A stretch of DNA of 29,913 bases from a virus (taxonomy: Duplodnaviria > Caudoviricetes). Positions 6,961 to 15,226 of the stretch are shown here, piece by piece. The position numbers and the translations under genes are program-made. Each line of letters begins with the position of its first letter. The stretch's first letter is position 1. The stretch is taken from positions 1 through 29,913 of IMG/VR virus record IMGVR_UViG_3300020470_000140. One strand, written 5' to 3'. A model generated the notes under the pieces. That model had not been told where the DNA came from and did not search any database. It saw nothing but the letters and a program-made list of their open reading frames with translations.

Positions 6961-7758
6961 CTATTTCAGTGCTTGTATTAGACGTTGCATCCCGATTCCA
7001 CCCCCACTTCTAGGAAAGAAATCAAAGGACAAGAAGTCTTCTAGTTCTTTCTCTACTCTTTCCTTACCAAAGAGATCAATGATGAGTTGTGCATACTGTC
7101 CATCAGAGATGGTATAGAATGTATCTCTCATCTGATCCTTGTCTGTGCTCCTCTCAGCACTACCTATAGTCTCCTTACCACCTAGGATGACATCAATCTT
7201 TTTACTTGTACCATCATCATTACGTGCCATATTCCAGAATGGTGATGTCCACTCAGGGAAATCAGTAATCATACCACGACCTATAGATTCTTCATGGTCA
7301 TGATCTAATTCTTTTGCACCAAACTTATCACCCCACTCAGCATAGGTCTTGATGTTTCTATTGCTTAGAGGTATACCTAACCATTCACATAGTTCCCACT
7401 CCATATCCTTAAGGTCATCCACACCACCCTTCATTTCAAATTCAAACATGGGGAAGATGGTTTCATGTCTACCTGGGACTGGGTTAGGCTCTGCCCTATA
7501 CGACGTTGAGACACAGAAAAACCCCTCTGCTTTGGGGTTGTTTAACAATTCATATTCTAACCACATCTGACCTGTCTGAGGTAGGGGCCAAATGTTATCG
7601 GCATAATTGTAGGTTGCTACTGTCTCTGGATCTTCACAGGCAGCAAGGATACTCAAACGATTTTGGGTGTGCACCTCATAGAAATTTTTAGACAAAAAAA
7701 ATGACCTCAATTCGGTCACCACGTCTGTAAATTCCTTTGGGTCAATAATACTTGTCAT
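6961..7758 (-). CDS. Class IIb aminoacyl-tRNA synthetase catalytic-domain-only paralog (Asn/Asp type; archaeal-type asparagine synthetase-like)
   Basis: Motif 1-like LRSFFLSKNFYEVHT, motif 2 YRAE...RHETIFPMFEFE, ETIGSAER and motif 3 SGGGIGMQRL. At 265 aa, motif 1 starts near the N-terminus, so there is no OB-fold anticodon-binding domain. Confidence 0.85.
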   Translation of the reverse strand: MTSIIDPKEFTDVVTELRSFFLSKNFYEVHTQNRLSILAACEDPETVATYNYADNIWPLPQTGQMWLEYELLNNPKAEGFFCVSTSYRAEPNPVPGRHETIFPMFEFEMKGGVDDLKDMEWELCEWLGIPLSNRNIKTYAEWGDKFGAKELDHDHEESIGRGMITDFPEWTSPFWNMARNDDGTSKKIDVILGGKETIGSAERSTDKDQMRDTFYTISDGQYAQLIIDLFGKERVEKELEDFLSFDFFPRSGGGIGMQRLIQALK

Positions 7759-7778
7759 TATCTTTGTACAAACTAATC

Positions 7779-7785
7779 TATTTAG
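7779..7785 (-). promoter_or_regulatory. Late promoter-like element for the synthetase paralog and tRNA
   Basis: CTAAATA 20 nt upstream of ATG 7758. Confidence 0.55.
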
Positions 7786-7950
7786 TTAATACGAAGCTTC
7801 ATCATATGGTGGTTCCCAAACAGGTACAATGTCATGTTTTGCAACACTTATAACCTCTTCCCTTAGCATCTTTTCTAGTTCCTCCACCCTCAGACTATGC
7901 ACAACAACATCGTTGTGTTTATCGTAGACATGGAAGAGTAGATCTGACAT
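7786..7950 (-). CDS. 54-aa hypothetical protein (not in ORF track)
   Basis: MSDLLFHVYDKHNDVVVHSLRVEELEKMLREEVISVAKHDIVPVWEPPYDEASY; ATG 1 nt after the upstream stop; fills the gap exactly. Confidence 0.75.
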   Translation of the reverse strand: MSDLLFHVYDKHNDVVVHSLRVEELEKMLREEVISVAKHDIVPVWEPPYDEASY

Positions 7951-7951
7951 A

Positions 7952-8212
7952 TTACTTTTGCGGGATTTGCGTTTTGTAATTCTTATTAGGTGTTGGAGTG
8001 CCCTTCACTGGGCCACTAGTAGTCGGCCATGCGTTGACCAGTTGTAGATATAATTCTTCTCTAATGATCTCACGTAGTCTAACCTCTTCTGCTTGTGCTC
8101 TCTTCTGAGGACCACCTGTTTGCTGATCTATTAGAGCACCACCACCCATAGTAGCACCAGTACCTATGACTGCTGCTGCTGTGACTCCTGTTGTTACTTT
8201 CTGAATATCCAT
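7952..8212 (-). CDS. Small hypothetical protein with Gly/Ala-rich hydrophobic N-terminus
   Basis: 86 aa; TAATG coupling to the upstream gene. Confidence 0.75.
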   Translation of the reverse strand: MDIQKVTTGVTAAAVIGTGATMGGGALIDQQTGGPQKRAQAEEVRLREIIREELYLQLVNAWPTTSGPVKGTPTPNKNYKTQIPQK

Positions 8213-8883
8213 TAAAGATAAGTTACTACTAATATTACACGTCTTCCCTTCTTAGGTGGCACCATACAATGTAGTCCTTCAAAGACTACGATGTCATCCT
8301 CTTCAGGTGAATAGACATGCTTCTTCCCATTATTATCGAATGCAATTGTGTCTCCACCTACATCAGTGAAGTATACAAGTAGATTCTTATGAGGGAATTC
8401 ATGATCATAATGAGGTACTGTTAATACATTACCTTCAACTGGGTGCACCGCATTAGCATTAATACGATAGACCACTTGTGGACTAATATTATTTATCTCA
8501 AAGATCTGTCCAATAACAGGCTCGACATACTCCAGATATTCAGAGTTAGGGTTGGAATAAAACTTGTGCATAGGACTTGGTCCTTGCAAAAACCCATGAG
8601 AATAGAACGCTAAGTCTCCATTCCTCTGCTGTTTCATCTGATAACCAGCGTGGTTGGTCTGCTCTTTGATTAATTGATCTGATGCACTGAGTGCTACCTG
8701 TCTATCTCCTTCGTCTAGATCTGAATTATTACTTTCGACTGTTCGATTGACATACTCTGTGTAACCAGGCGTAGCCTGATCATTATAGGACCAACCGAAG
8801 TTTGGTCCTAAAATAAGTTCTTTAAATGATGCATACTCACGTGTAAATTCAGTCTCCATAGGAGACTTCAACTTAGTAAACAT
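8212..8883 (-). CDS. Putative 2OG-Fe(II) oxygenase
   Basis: HYD...H...R pattern (VPHYDH, GLHC, GRRVILV) in a double-stranded beta-helix-like C-terminal half. Confidence 0.75.
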   Translation of the reverse strand: MFTKLKSPMETEFTREYASFKELILGPNFGWSYNDQATPGYTEYVNRTVESNNSDLDEGDRQVALSASDQLIKEQTNHAGYQMKQQRNGDLAFYSHGFLQGPSPMHKFYSNPNSEYLEYVEPVIGQIFEINNISPQVVYRINANAVHPVEGNVLTVPHYDHEFPHKNLLVYFTDVGGDTIAFDNNGKKHVYSPEEDDIVVFEGLHCMVPPKKGRRVILVVTYL

Positions 8884-8898
8884 AATCTAAATTTCAAC

Positions 8899-9138
8899 CT
8901 AGAATGGTGAGGCTACAGGTAGATCAGGTCCAGCAGGTGATGGTGATGGTAGACTAGGTAGAGCACCTCCACCGAGAGCACCACCAACAAGACCACCAGT
9001 GAGTGATCCTAATGCTTTCTCTTTAACTGACTCTATGATGGCCTCTTGGTTAACATAAACGTAACCACTAACGCCAACAACGGCAAGAGATACAACGCCA
9101 GACGCAATAGCAACGACATTAATAATTTTTTGACACAT
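8899..9138 (-). CDS. Small membrane-anchored hypothetical protein
   Basis: N-terminal TM segment (IINVVAIASGVVSLAVVGVSGYVYV); Gly/Pro-rich tail. Confidence 0.75.
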   Translation of the reverse strand: MCQKIINVVAIASGVVSLAVVGVSGYVYVNQEAIIESVKEKALGSLTGGLVGGALGGGALPSLPSPSPAGPDLPVASPF

Positions 9139-9144
9139 TTTTCT

Positions 9145-9567
9145 TTACAATGTATAGGGTTTTTCTTCTTTACTAGGATCAACAGCAATGATCTTTAGGG
9201 GAGCTTGCTCAATCCTCAAAGTCTGGACAGGTCCACCAGCACCGTTGCCGACACCAGGAACACCACTACCACCATTCGCCATCTTCATGGTACCATCACC
9301 CTTCTTACTCGCTGTCTGAATCCCGAAGCTCGCTAAAACTCCAGTGAAAACACTAGCTATGAAAGTCGGATCGATTTTCTGTTGTACCATTCCTGGAATT
9401 GTAACATAATTTAACGTGAGTATACCCCCACTCCAAACTAGTACTCCAAGTCTAACAAAAGTAGAGAATATCGCAGCAGCGTCATCCTCGTCTGGTAATA
9501 CTTTGTCCTTTATCTTACCAAAGACTCCTTTCTTTGTCAAGTCTTCTTCTTTCTTCTCATCAGCCAT
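9145..9567 (-). CDS. Two-TM hypothetical membrane protein
   Basis: FVRLGVLVWSGGILTL and DPTFIASVFTGVLASFGI hydrophobic segments; GGAGGTGAG SD. Confidence 0.8.
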   Translation of the reverse strand: MADEKKEEDLTKKGVFGKIKDKVLPDEDDAAAIFSTFVRLGVLVWSGGILTLNYVTIPGMVQQKIDPTFIASVFTGVLASFGIQTASKKGDGTMKMANGGSGVPGVGNGAGGPVQTLRIEQAPLKIIAVDPSKEEKPYTL

Positions 9568-9568
9568 G

Positions 9569-9988
9569 CTAACTCACCTCCTGTGGTGTTTTCTTTTTAC
9601 CAATATTATATTTGGATTCTAAAGTCCACTCACCTTTGTCCTTAAAGGACAATACTTTTATTTGGTTAAGAGGTGCTAGGTCGTCTACTTCACTACCAAT
9701 ATCTATTAGGCCCCAGTCAGATAGTAGTTTAGCGATACGATTGCGACGTTGCACATCGTTAGGGGTTATGTTAGTTGGCTTACCGTCCAGTGCAAATAAC
9801 TCTTTGAAATGGACTATGTAATACTTACCACGTTTATGTAGAATGTGACAAGACTGATAAAGCTTTCGCTCCTTTCTAGATGCTACACCTATACGAGTCA
9901 ATGTCTCTCTCACTTTGAGAAAGTCATCGGGTTCCTTAAGTGTAACTTCTAACATCATGTCTTGAGACCACGAGATCTCATCACTCAT
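9569..9988 (-). CDS. regA: RegA translational repressor
   Basis: EPDDFLKVRETLTRIGVAS, LYQSCHILHKRGKYYIVHFKELFALDG. Confidence 0.97.
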   Translation of the reverse strand: MSDEISWSQDMMLEVTLKEPDDFLKVRETLTRIGVASRKERKLYQSCHILHKRGKYYIVHFKELFALDGKPTNITPNDVQRRNRIAKLLSDWGLIDIGSEVDDLAPLNQIKVLSFKDKGEWTLESKYNIGKKKTPQEVS

Positions 9989-10371
9989 TGTCTTCCTCCA
10001 GTATCTAATTTAGATCGAATAACTTCAATTTGCTCTTGAGTCAGTATTCTCATCGCTTGCTGAGCTTTCTCAGTGTTATAACCATAGTATCTTTTCACTA
10101 AGGAGAGGTCACAGTCTTTAGACTTCTTATCCCAAGGAGAAAATCTCTTCGATTTCCTAACACTATGTATAAAGTACTGGTATTGAAGATCGTTATCTAA
10201 ATGTGAGGAAGCATTCATCTCATTAGCATGCATCACAGTGTCAATGAAGGAAGACAGACACTTGTTCACAATAAAAGCAGGGTATTTTTTCATTGCTCTC
10301 TCATCATTTGAGAGATCTCCCTGCTTTAAATTGATACTGTTGAGATAATCCTTTAGTGGATACTCATGCAT
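9985..10371 (-). CDS. gp62: Clamp loader small subunit
   Basis: LKDYLNSIN, YPAFIVNKCLS, ANEMN, RFSPW, VKRYYGYN; located directly upstream of regA. Confidence 0.93.
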   Translation of the reverse strand: MHEYPLKDYLNSINLKQGDLSNDERAMKKYPAFIVNKCLSSFIDTVMHANEMNASSHLDNDLQYQYFIHSVRKSKRFSPWDKKSKDCDLSLVKRYYGYNTEKAQQAMRILTQEQIEVIRSKLDTGGRQ

Positions 10372-11200
10372 ACAATGCCTCCAATGGTGATGCGTTTACG
10401 TCGTAGTTAACTACTAATAATTCTTTCTTTAGTTTGTTGTCTGGCCTATGCTTCATACCATAAGTGATTTTAAATTCTTCTTGATGGTAGTCTTTGTACA
10501 TTTCTTTTAGGTCATCATCATTATTATAAGTGACAAACCAATCATGCTTACATAGATTACAACTCTCGTGGAAATCTTCATGCTTAAAATTCTTATGCAA
10601 CTCAGCGTTACTACCGTATAGGTATGTCCCTATTTTATAGGGTGGATCTAAGAAAAGAAACACTTTGTCACCATTCGCAGCCATAACCTCACTGTAATCT
10701 AGGTTGGTTATCCTCCAAGGTTGAATAATCTCTGAGATATTAACGAGGTTTCTAGCACCTTTGATTGTAAAATTCTGTCTAGATGCTGTTGCACTAAAGG
10801 AACTATTCTCGGTAAGTCCACTATAACTACACTTATTAAGAACCCAAAAAAGAACAGCTTGATTATAAGGGTCTTCCTTGTGTATTTTATCTTTGGCATC
10901 TTTGAATAATTCTTTGGCCTTATCCTCTGTCGAGTGCTCTGTTTTAATACTAACTAGATCATCTGACAATTTCTTACCACACTTCTGTAGATGCACCCAG
11001 AAATTATAGAGGTAAACATACTTATCATTGACCCACACTGGTACATCAGGATACATCTGACTGAATAGTAGTGCTACACTACCACCACCTAAGAATGGCT
11101 CACGATACTCACCAATATCACTAGGAAATCTAGGAATAAAATCCTTTGCTACCCTAGACTTACCGCCTGGATATCTTAATGGTGTCTTCAAATACTTCAT
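10364..11200 (-). CDS. dam: DNA adenine methyltransferase (Dam/D12 class)
   Basis: PLRYPGGKS, EPFLGGGSV (SAM binding) and catalytic DPPY. Confidence 0.9.
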   Translation of the reverse strand: MKYLKTPLRYPGGKSRVAKDFIPRFPSDIGEYREPFLGGGSVALLFSQMYPDVPVWVNDKYVYLYNFWVHLQKCGKKLSDDLVSIKTEHSTEDKAKELFKDAKDKIHKEDPYNQAVLFWVLNKCSYSGLTENSSFSATASRQNFTIKGARNLVNISEIIQPWRITNLDYSEVMAANGDKVFLFLDPPYKIGTYLYGSNAELHKNFKHEDFHESCNLCKHDWFVTYNNDDDLKEMYKDYHQEEFKITYGMKHRPDNKLKKELLVVNYDVNASPLEALYA

Positions 11201-11844
11201 AATACTTTAACCTCTAATTGTGGCATCTGGAATGGCCCTGTGTTGCACTTACCCTCTGGAAATGCATTGAAACTAATAGTCCACCTATCAAAATCTTCTA
11301 GGTGTCTACCAGAGAAGTGTCTTAACCATGATGGAAAAATAATCAACTTGCCTGGCTCTGCTGAGACTGTCTCACAGATACCCCACTCATCAACCATCTT
11401 ATCATGCTGATGTAATTCTAGTGTATCATATACTCTAGGTGTGCATGGGTCATCGAAGGCAGTCTCTGCACCTTCTGTCATATAATATACAGCACTGACA
11501 TAAGACATTGGATGTCTGTGTAGTGGGTGACCAACCCCACTCCTAGCAGGTGCCTTGTTAAACCAGCAAGCACTGATCTTAAGACGATCACAATACAATT
11601 GATACTGATTGTGATACTCCTCTAGACATGCACCAAACCATCCTATCAGATTTTTAACATCGTCATTATCAGACTTGTGTAGATCAGGTCTACTAGTGAT
11701 AACACCCTCTGGAAAATTAGATAGCTGTTGAGGATAGGTCTCGAAATACTCAATAAGATGTTCGTGTATATCATCTTGAGGTTTACGATACTCCCTTACC
11801 TTAACAGGAAATAGATTAATTTCGTTACTTGCTTCCCACGCCAT
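11197..11844 (-). CDS. Putative 2OG-Fe(II) oxygenase (HxH type)
   Basis: WFN...HPLHRHPMSYVSAVYY...GKLIIFPSWLRH...RWTISFN. Confidence 0.85.
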   Translation of the reverse strand: MAWEASNEINLFPVKVREYRKPQDDIHEHLIEYFETYPQQLSNFPEGVITSRPDLHKSDNDDVKNLIGWFGACLEEYHNQYQLYCDRLKISACWFNKAPARSGVGHPLHRHPMSYVSAVYYMTEGAETAFDDPCTPRVYDTLELHQHDKMVDEWGICETVSAEPGKLIIFPSWLRHFSGRHLEDFDRWTISFNAFPEGKCNTGPFQMPQLEVKVL

Positions 11845-12518
11845 TAGTCTTTCTTAGTATAACTTTTTAAATCAAGTGGTCCTAGATCAGCCCATGCTTG
11901 TTCTACCTTAATATTAACCATAGATTGACCCCATCCACCACCATTAACATTTCCAGAAGGGAATGTATTGAATGAGATAGTGAATCTATCCTTGGAAGAG
12001 AAATTAGGATCGGAAGAATGGATAAGGTAACTAGGAAAAATATATAATCCTCCTGGTATAGGATTAATAAACTGAGTAGCATCAGTAATAGGTCCACCAT
12101 CAAGATGAAACTGTGCCCACTCTCGTTGTGCAATTGGATCAACAAATATAGTAGGTGGTCCTTCAGTGAGATAGAATATCGCACTCAAGAATGACATTGG
12201 ATGTCTGTGTGGTGCATGGTGATGACCACTACCAGCGTCTGATCTATTGATCCATGACTTATTAACTACCAGTCTATCACAGTTCCAGCCATTGTCCACA
12301 TGTAAGGTGTCAACACACTGCTGAAACCACTTCATCAGGTCATGATAGTCAGGGTTATCACAGATATCAGGACAAGTACCAACACCATACTCAGCATTGA
12401 AATTCTTATACTGCATCTTCTGTGCTTTCGCTAGAGTATCAGTAACTAATACTCTAGGTGCCTTAAAACTAAAGCACCTTACAGGAAACATTGGGACTGT
12501 CTGATATTCTTGTCTCAT
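11844..12518 (-). CDS. Putative 2OG-Fe(II) oxygenase (HxH type)
   Basis: SWIN...HAPHRHPMSFLSAIFY...FPSYLIH...RFTISFN. Confidence 0.85.
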   Translation of the reverse strand: MRQEYQTVPMFPVRCFSFKAPRVLVTDTLAKAQKMQYKNFNAEYGVGTCPDICDNPDYHDLMKWFQQCVDTLHVDNGWNCDRLVVNKSWINRSDAGSGHHHAPHRHPMSFLSAIFYLTEGPPTIFVDPIAQREWAQFHLDGGPITDATQFINPIPGGLYIFPSYLIHSSDPNFSSKDRFTISFNTFPSGNVNGGGWGQSMVNIKVEQAWADLGPLDLKSYTKKD

Positions 12519-12676
12519 GTTAAGTCTCTACATACTTCTCCCAACTCAGGTGGCCACCATGTGCCTTCACATCCATGCTCATTCCACCACCAAGGATAGT
12601 CCTCCTTAGTTGCTTGTTGTGCTTGTCTTACGATAGGTGTGGGATCCTCGTAAGGTATTACTTCAATTGGAATCAT
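12515..12676 (-). CDS. Small Trp-rich hypothetical protein
   Basis: Likely start MIPIEV at 12676 behind a GAGGAG SD; YPWWWNEHGCEGTWWPP. Confidence 0.55.
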   Translation of the reverse strand: MIPIEVIPYEDPTPIVRQAQQATKEDYPWWWNEHGCEGTWWPPELGEVCRDLT

Positions 12677-12842
12677 CTCTTCTCCTCTTCCAATCAGCAT
12701 ACATCCTACCAAACATCATCCCTTCATGTGATTTTATATCATCACCATCAAGAATTTCTTTCTCTCTCTTGGTAAGTTTAACACCTTCCATAGTAGGATA
12801 TTCTTTTTCCCAATTAGGAATGTCTTTGACCCACTCCTTCAT
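12663..12842 (-). CDS. 59-aa hypothetical protein (not in ORF track)
   Basis: MKEWVKDIPNWEKEYPTMEGVKLTKREKEILDGDDIKSHEGMMFGRMYADWKRRRDDSN; ATGA overlap with the upstream stop; AGGAGG SD. Confidence 0.75.
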   Translation of the reverse strand: MKEWVKDIPNWEKEYPTMEGVKLTKREKEILDGDDIKSHEGMMFGRMYADWKRRRDDSN

Positions 12843-13186
12843 TTCTTCCTCCTAGGAACTTGAATAGTCCATGCTGGTGCTACCAGATCAACCATCTCAA
12901 ACTGTTTCTTATTCTTTTCTATCTGATTTAGATATGCTTCACGACCAGGCTCAGGTTGAATCTCACCATAATGATTCTGACTGTCACCAATATATTCTAA
13001 GAGTGCATTGTCAACCATAGAATACAGGGTATCCCATGTTAAAGAAGTCCTAAGATCATTGATAACATTCAATCGATCACAGGTATCAAGATCATCATAG
13101 TCTAGATCCAAGACATCACATCTAATATTCACGAGGTCAGTAAGATTAATAGTAATCCTTACATCAACATCAATAGTTTCAGTCAT
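12839..13186 (-). CDS. Acidic hypothetical protein
   Basis: 115 aa; ATGA overlap with the gp44 stop. Confidence 0.75.
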   Translation of the reverse strand: MTETIDVDVRITINLTDLVNIRCDVLDLDYDDLDTCDRLNVINDLRTSLTWDTLYSMVDNALLEYIGDSQNHYGEIQPEPGREAYLNQIEKNKKQFEMVDLVAPAWTIQVPRRKK

Positions 13187-14115
13187 TTGTAATCACACCT
13201 CATCATTAATTCAGTCATAAATGCCACGAGATTAATCTCCTGATCTACCACAAAGGATGACTTGTATTGATACTCAGAGATAATCAACACTGCCTCTGGG
13301 ATAGACTTAGGATCAAAGTAATTGTATAGACCATCATAGATCTTTCTCATGATAACTTGTGGTTCGTTGTCCATATTCTGAGCAACCCACTTCTTCATGT
13401 TAGTAAACTCCTTCTTACGAAGGTGGCCGACTACCTTATCTATACTAAAATCATTACCTGAAGATAGTATACCAGAATCTATCTGACCTGTAGCAGAATA
13501 TCTCTGCAATTCATTAAGAGTCCTACGAAAGTCTGGGAAGTACTTTGTTACTACCGCTGCTACTACCTTCCCTTCAAACTTAATACTCTCTTTCTTTAGG
13601 ATATCACATACCCTACCGAAGAATTTAGCAGCAAGCTTCTGTTTGTCCTTTTTAATACCAAACTCAACTACTGAGCACCTACTATGCAGTGGTTCTATTA
13701 TTTTATTCTTATAGTTACACGTGAATATGAACCTGCAGTTCTTTTGAAACTCCTCAATCGACGCACGTAATAATAATTGTACGTCTGGTGTTGTATTATC
13801 TGCCTCATCCACAATGATAACTTTGTGACGAGATTCAGATGTAAGAGAAACAGTAGAAGCAAAGGTCTTTGCCTGATTGCGTACAGTGTCCAGGAATCTA
13901 CCTTCATCAGACCCATTAATGACATAACTATCTGCTCCCAACTCATCACACAATGCTTTCGCTATTGTGGTTTTACCTACCCCCGCAGACCCAGAGAGCA
14001 AGAGGTTTGGTATCTCCCCTTGCTCTAGGAATCCTTTAAATACTTGCTTAGTATCTTCAGGTAGGATGCATTCTTCTATTGTCTTAGGTCGATACTTCTC
14101 TACCCACAGAAACAT
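13183..14115 (-). CDS. gp44: Clamp loader large subunit
   Basis: WVEKYRP, Walker A GSAGVGKT, DEAD, SRC motif (RFC family). Confidence 0.97.
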   Translation of the reverse strand: MFLWVEKYRPKTIEECILPEDTKQVFKGFLEQGEIPNLLLSGSAGVGKTTIAKALCDELGADSYVINGSDEGRFLDTVRNQAKTFASTVSLTSESRHKVIIVDEADNTTPDVQLLLRASIEEFQKNCRFIFTCNYKNKIIEPLHSRCSVVEFGIKKDKQKLAAKFFGRVCDILKKESIKFEGKVVAAVVTKYFPDFRRTLNELQRYSATGQIDSGILSSGNDFSIDKVVGHLRKKEFTNMKKWVAQNMDNEPQVIMRKIYDGLYNYFDPKSIPEAVLIISEYQYKSSFVVDQEINLVAFMTELMMRCDYK

Positions 14116-14892
14116 TTAGTTTGGCTCCAATGCTATAAAGTAATTACGGTTGCTATCTGACAACGAGTTGAAGTTAGCAATGTTTTTATTACTAATAGTA
14201 ACGTGATAAGTTGCATCAGTCAACTTAAGATTCTCTACCTTAAAGCAGAAGCAGAATGTTTGACGCTCCTTAGTCAGTGGTCTAGGTTGGTTAGTTAACT
14301 CCTCTATTCCCTGATTAAAGTGAACCTTTCTAAGAGGTAATGAGAATACATTAGAAGTAGTATTCTTCTTGTCTCTTACACAGATACTATACTCACCTTC
14401 AAATCCATTGATACATAGATCCTCTACACCATATACCTTAGCAGCCTGCATCAATTGAGTCAGATCATTCTGAGGTAAGTCAAACATCAACTCAATATCA
14501 GTAAGCCTTGGATCAAACTCTGGTGCAGTTACAATAATCTCAGGGTCACTGTAATAGAATGTGGTCTTACCTTTGGTATCCTCATCATATATGATGACCT
14601 TCTTACCATCAGTGAAGAGTAACGTTGGCTTCTTGAATAAAGACAATGCTCCTAAGAATAATGGTAGATCATAGATCGCCATCTGCTCAGGAATGAACTC
14701 AGATATCTGTGCCTGTGCAATAATATTCTTATTGACCGACATAGTTTGTAAAAACTTACCGTCCTTAATAAGAATAGACTTATTAATGGTACTGAAGTTA
14801 CGCAGAATATCAATGGTCTTCTTACTTAATTGAATATTGGTCTTAAAGTCTGGATCTTGACCTTGTACAATGCCTGTCGGGGTGTTAGTCAT
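14116..14892 (-). CDS. gp45: Sliding clamp
   Basis: LSKKTIDILRNFSTINKSI, IYDL..FL, YFIALE C-terminus; upstream of gp44. Confidence 0.93.
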   Translation of the reverse strand: MTNTPTGIVQGQDPDFKTNIQLSKKTIDILRNFSTINKSILIKDGKFLQTMSVNKNIIAQAQISEFIPEQMAIYDLPLFLGALSLFKKPTLLFTDGKKVIIYDEDTKGKTTFYYSDPEIIVTAPEFDPRLTDIELMFDLPQNDLTQLMQAAKVYGVEDLCINGFEGEYSICVRDKKNTTSNVFSLPLRKVHFNQGIEELTNQPRPLTKERQTFCFCFKVENLKLTDATYHVTISNKNIANFNSLSDSNRNYFIALEPN

Positions 14893-15202
14893 AGTCTATA
14901 AATTCTGCTGGAGTAGGTGCTTGCTCTTGTTTATCATCAGGGTACGACGTGCCTGAGAAATAATATAATAGTATAGCATAGTGAATGATTTTTAGCACGT
15001 CATCCTTATGCCTTCCTTTCTTCTTGTATCTTGAAGCATACTTAATAATATTGGACTGACAGAAGTGCTCTGCTGTCCCGATTGCCTCAAGGAGGTCCAG
15101 TGTTTGGACCCCCTTCTCTTCATTTGAGTAGTGTGATCGGTAGGTCTGCGAGATATAATCCTGCACGACCTTGATCGTATCATCCTCTCTGTATTTCATC
15201 AT
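14885..15202 (-). CDS. DUF3310-like conserved phage protein
   Basis: TYRSHY, QTLDL, FCQSNIIKYASRY.KKG...DVLKIIHYA pattern. Confidence 0.75.
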   Translation of the reverse strand: MMKYREDDTIKVVQDYISQTYRSHYSNEEKGVQTLDLLEAIGTAEHFCQSNIIKYASRYKKKGRHKDDVLKIIHYAILLYYFSGTSYPDDKQEQAPTPAEFIDYD

Positions 15203-15226
15203 ATCAGTTTGCTAATACTGTGTCAA
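15198..15226 (-). promoter_or_regulatory. Sigma70-type promoter
   Basis: TTGACA-17 nt-TATGAT with an extended -10 TG. Confidence 0.65.

Noticed and set aside
6875-7117. 80-aa plus-strand ORF
   Set aside because: Antisense to the tRNA and the synthetase paralog
6961-7758. Calling this a canonical asnS, or a truncated pseudogene
   Set aside because: The anticodon domain is absent, yet the ORF is intact with its own promoter-like motif and no upstream remnant of an OB fold
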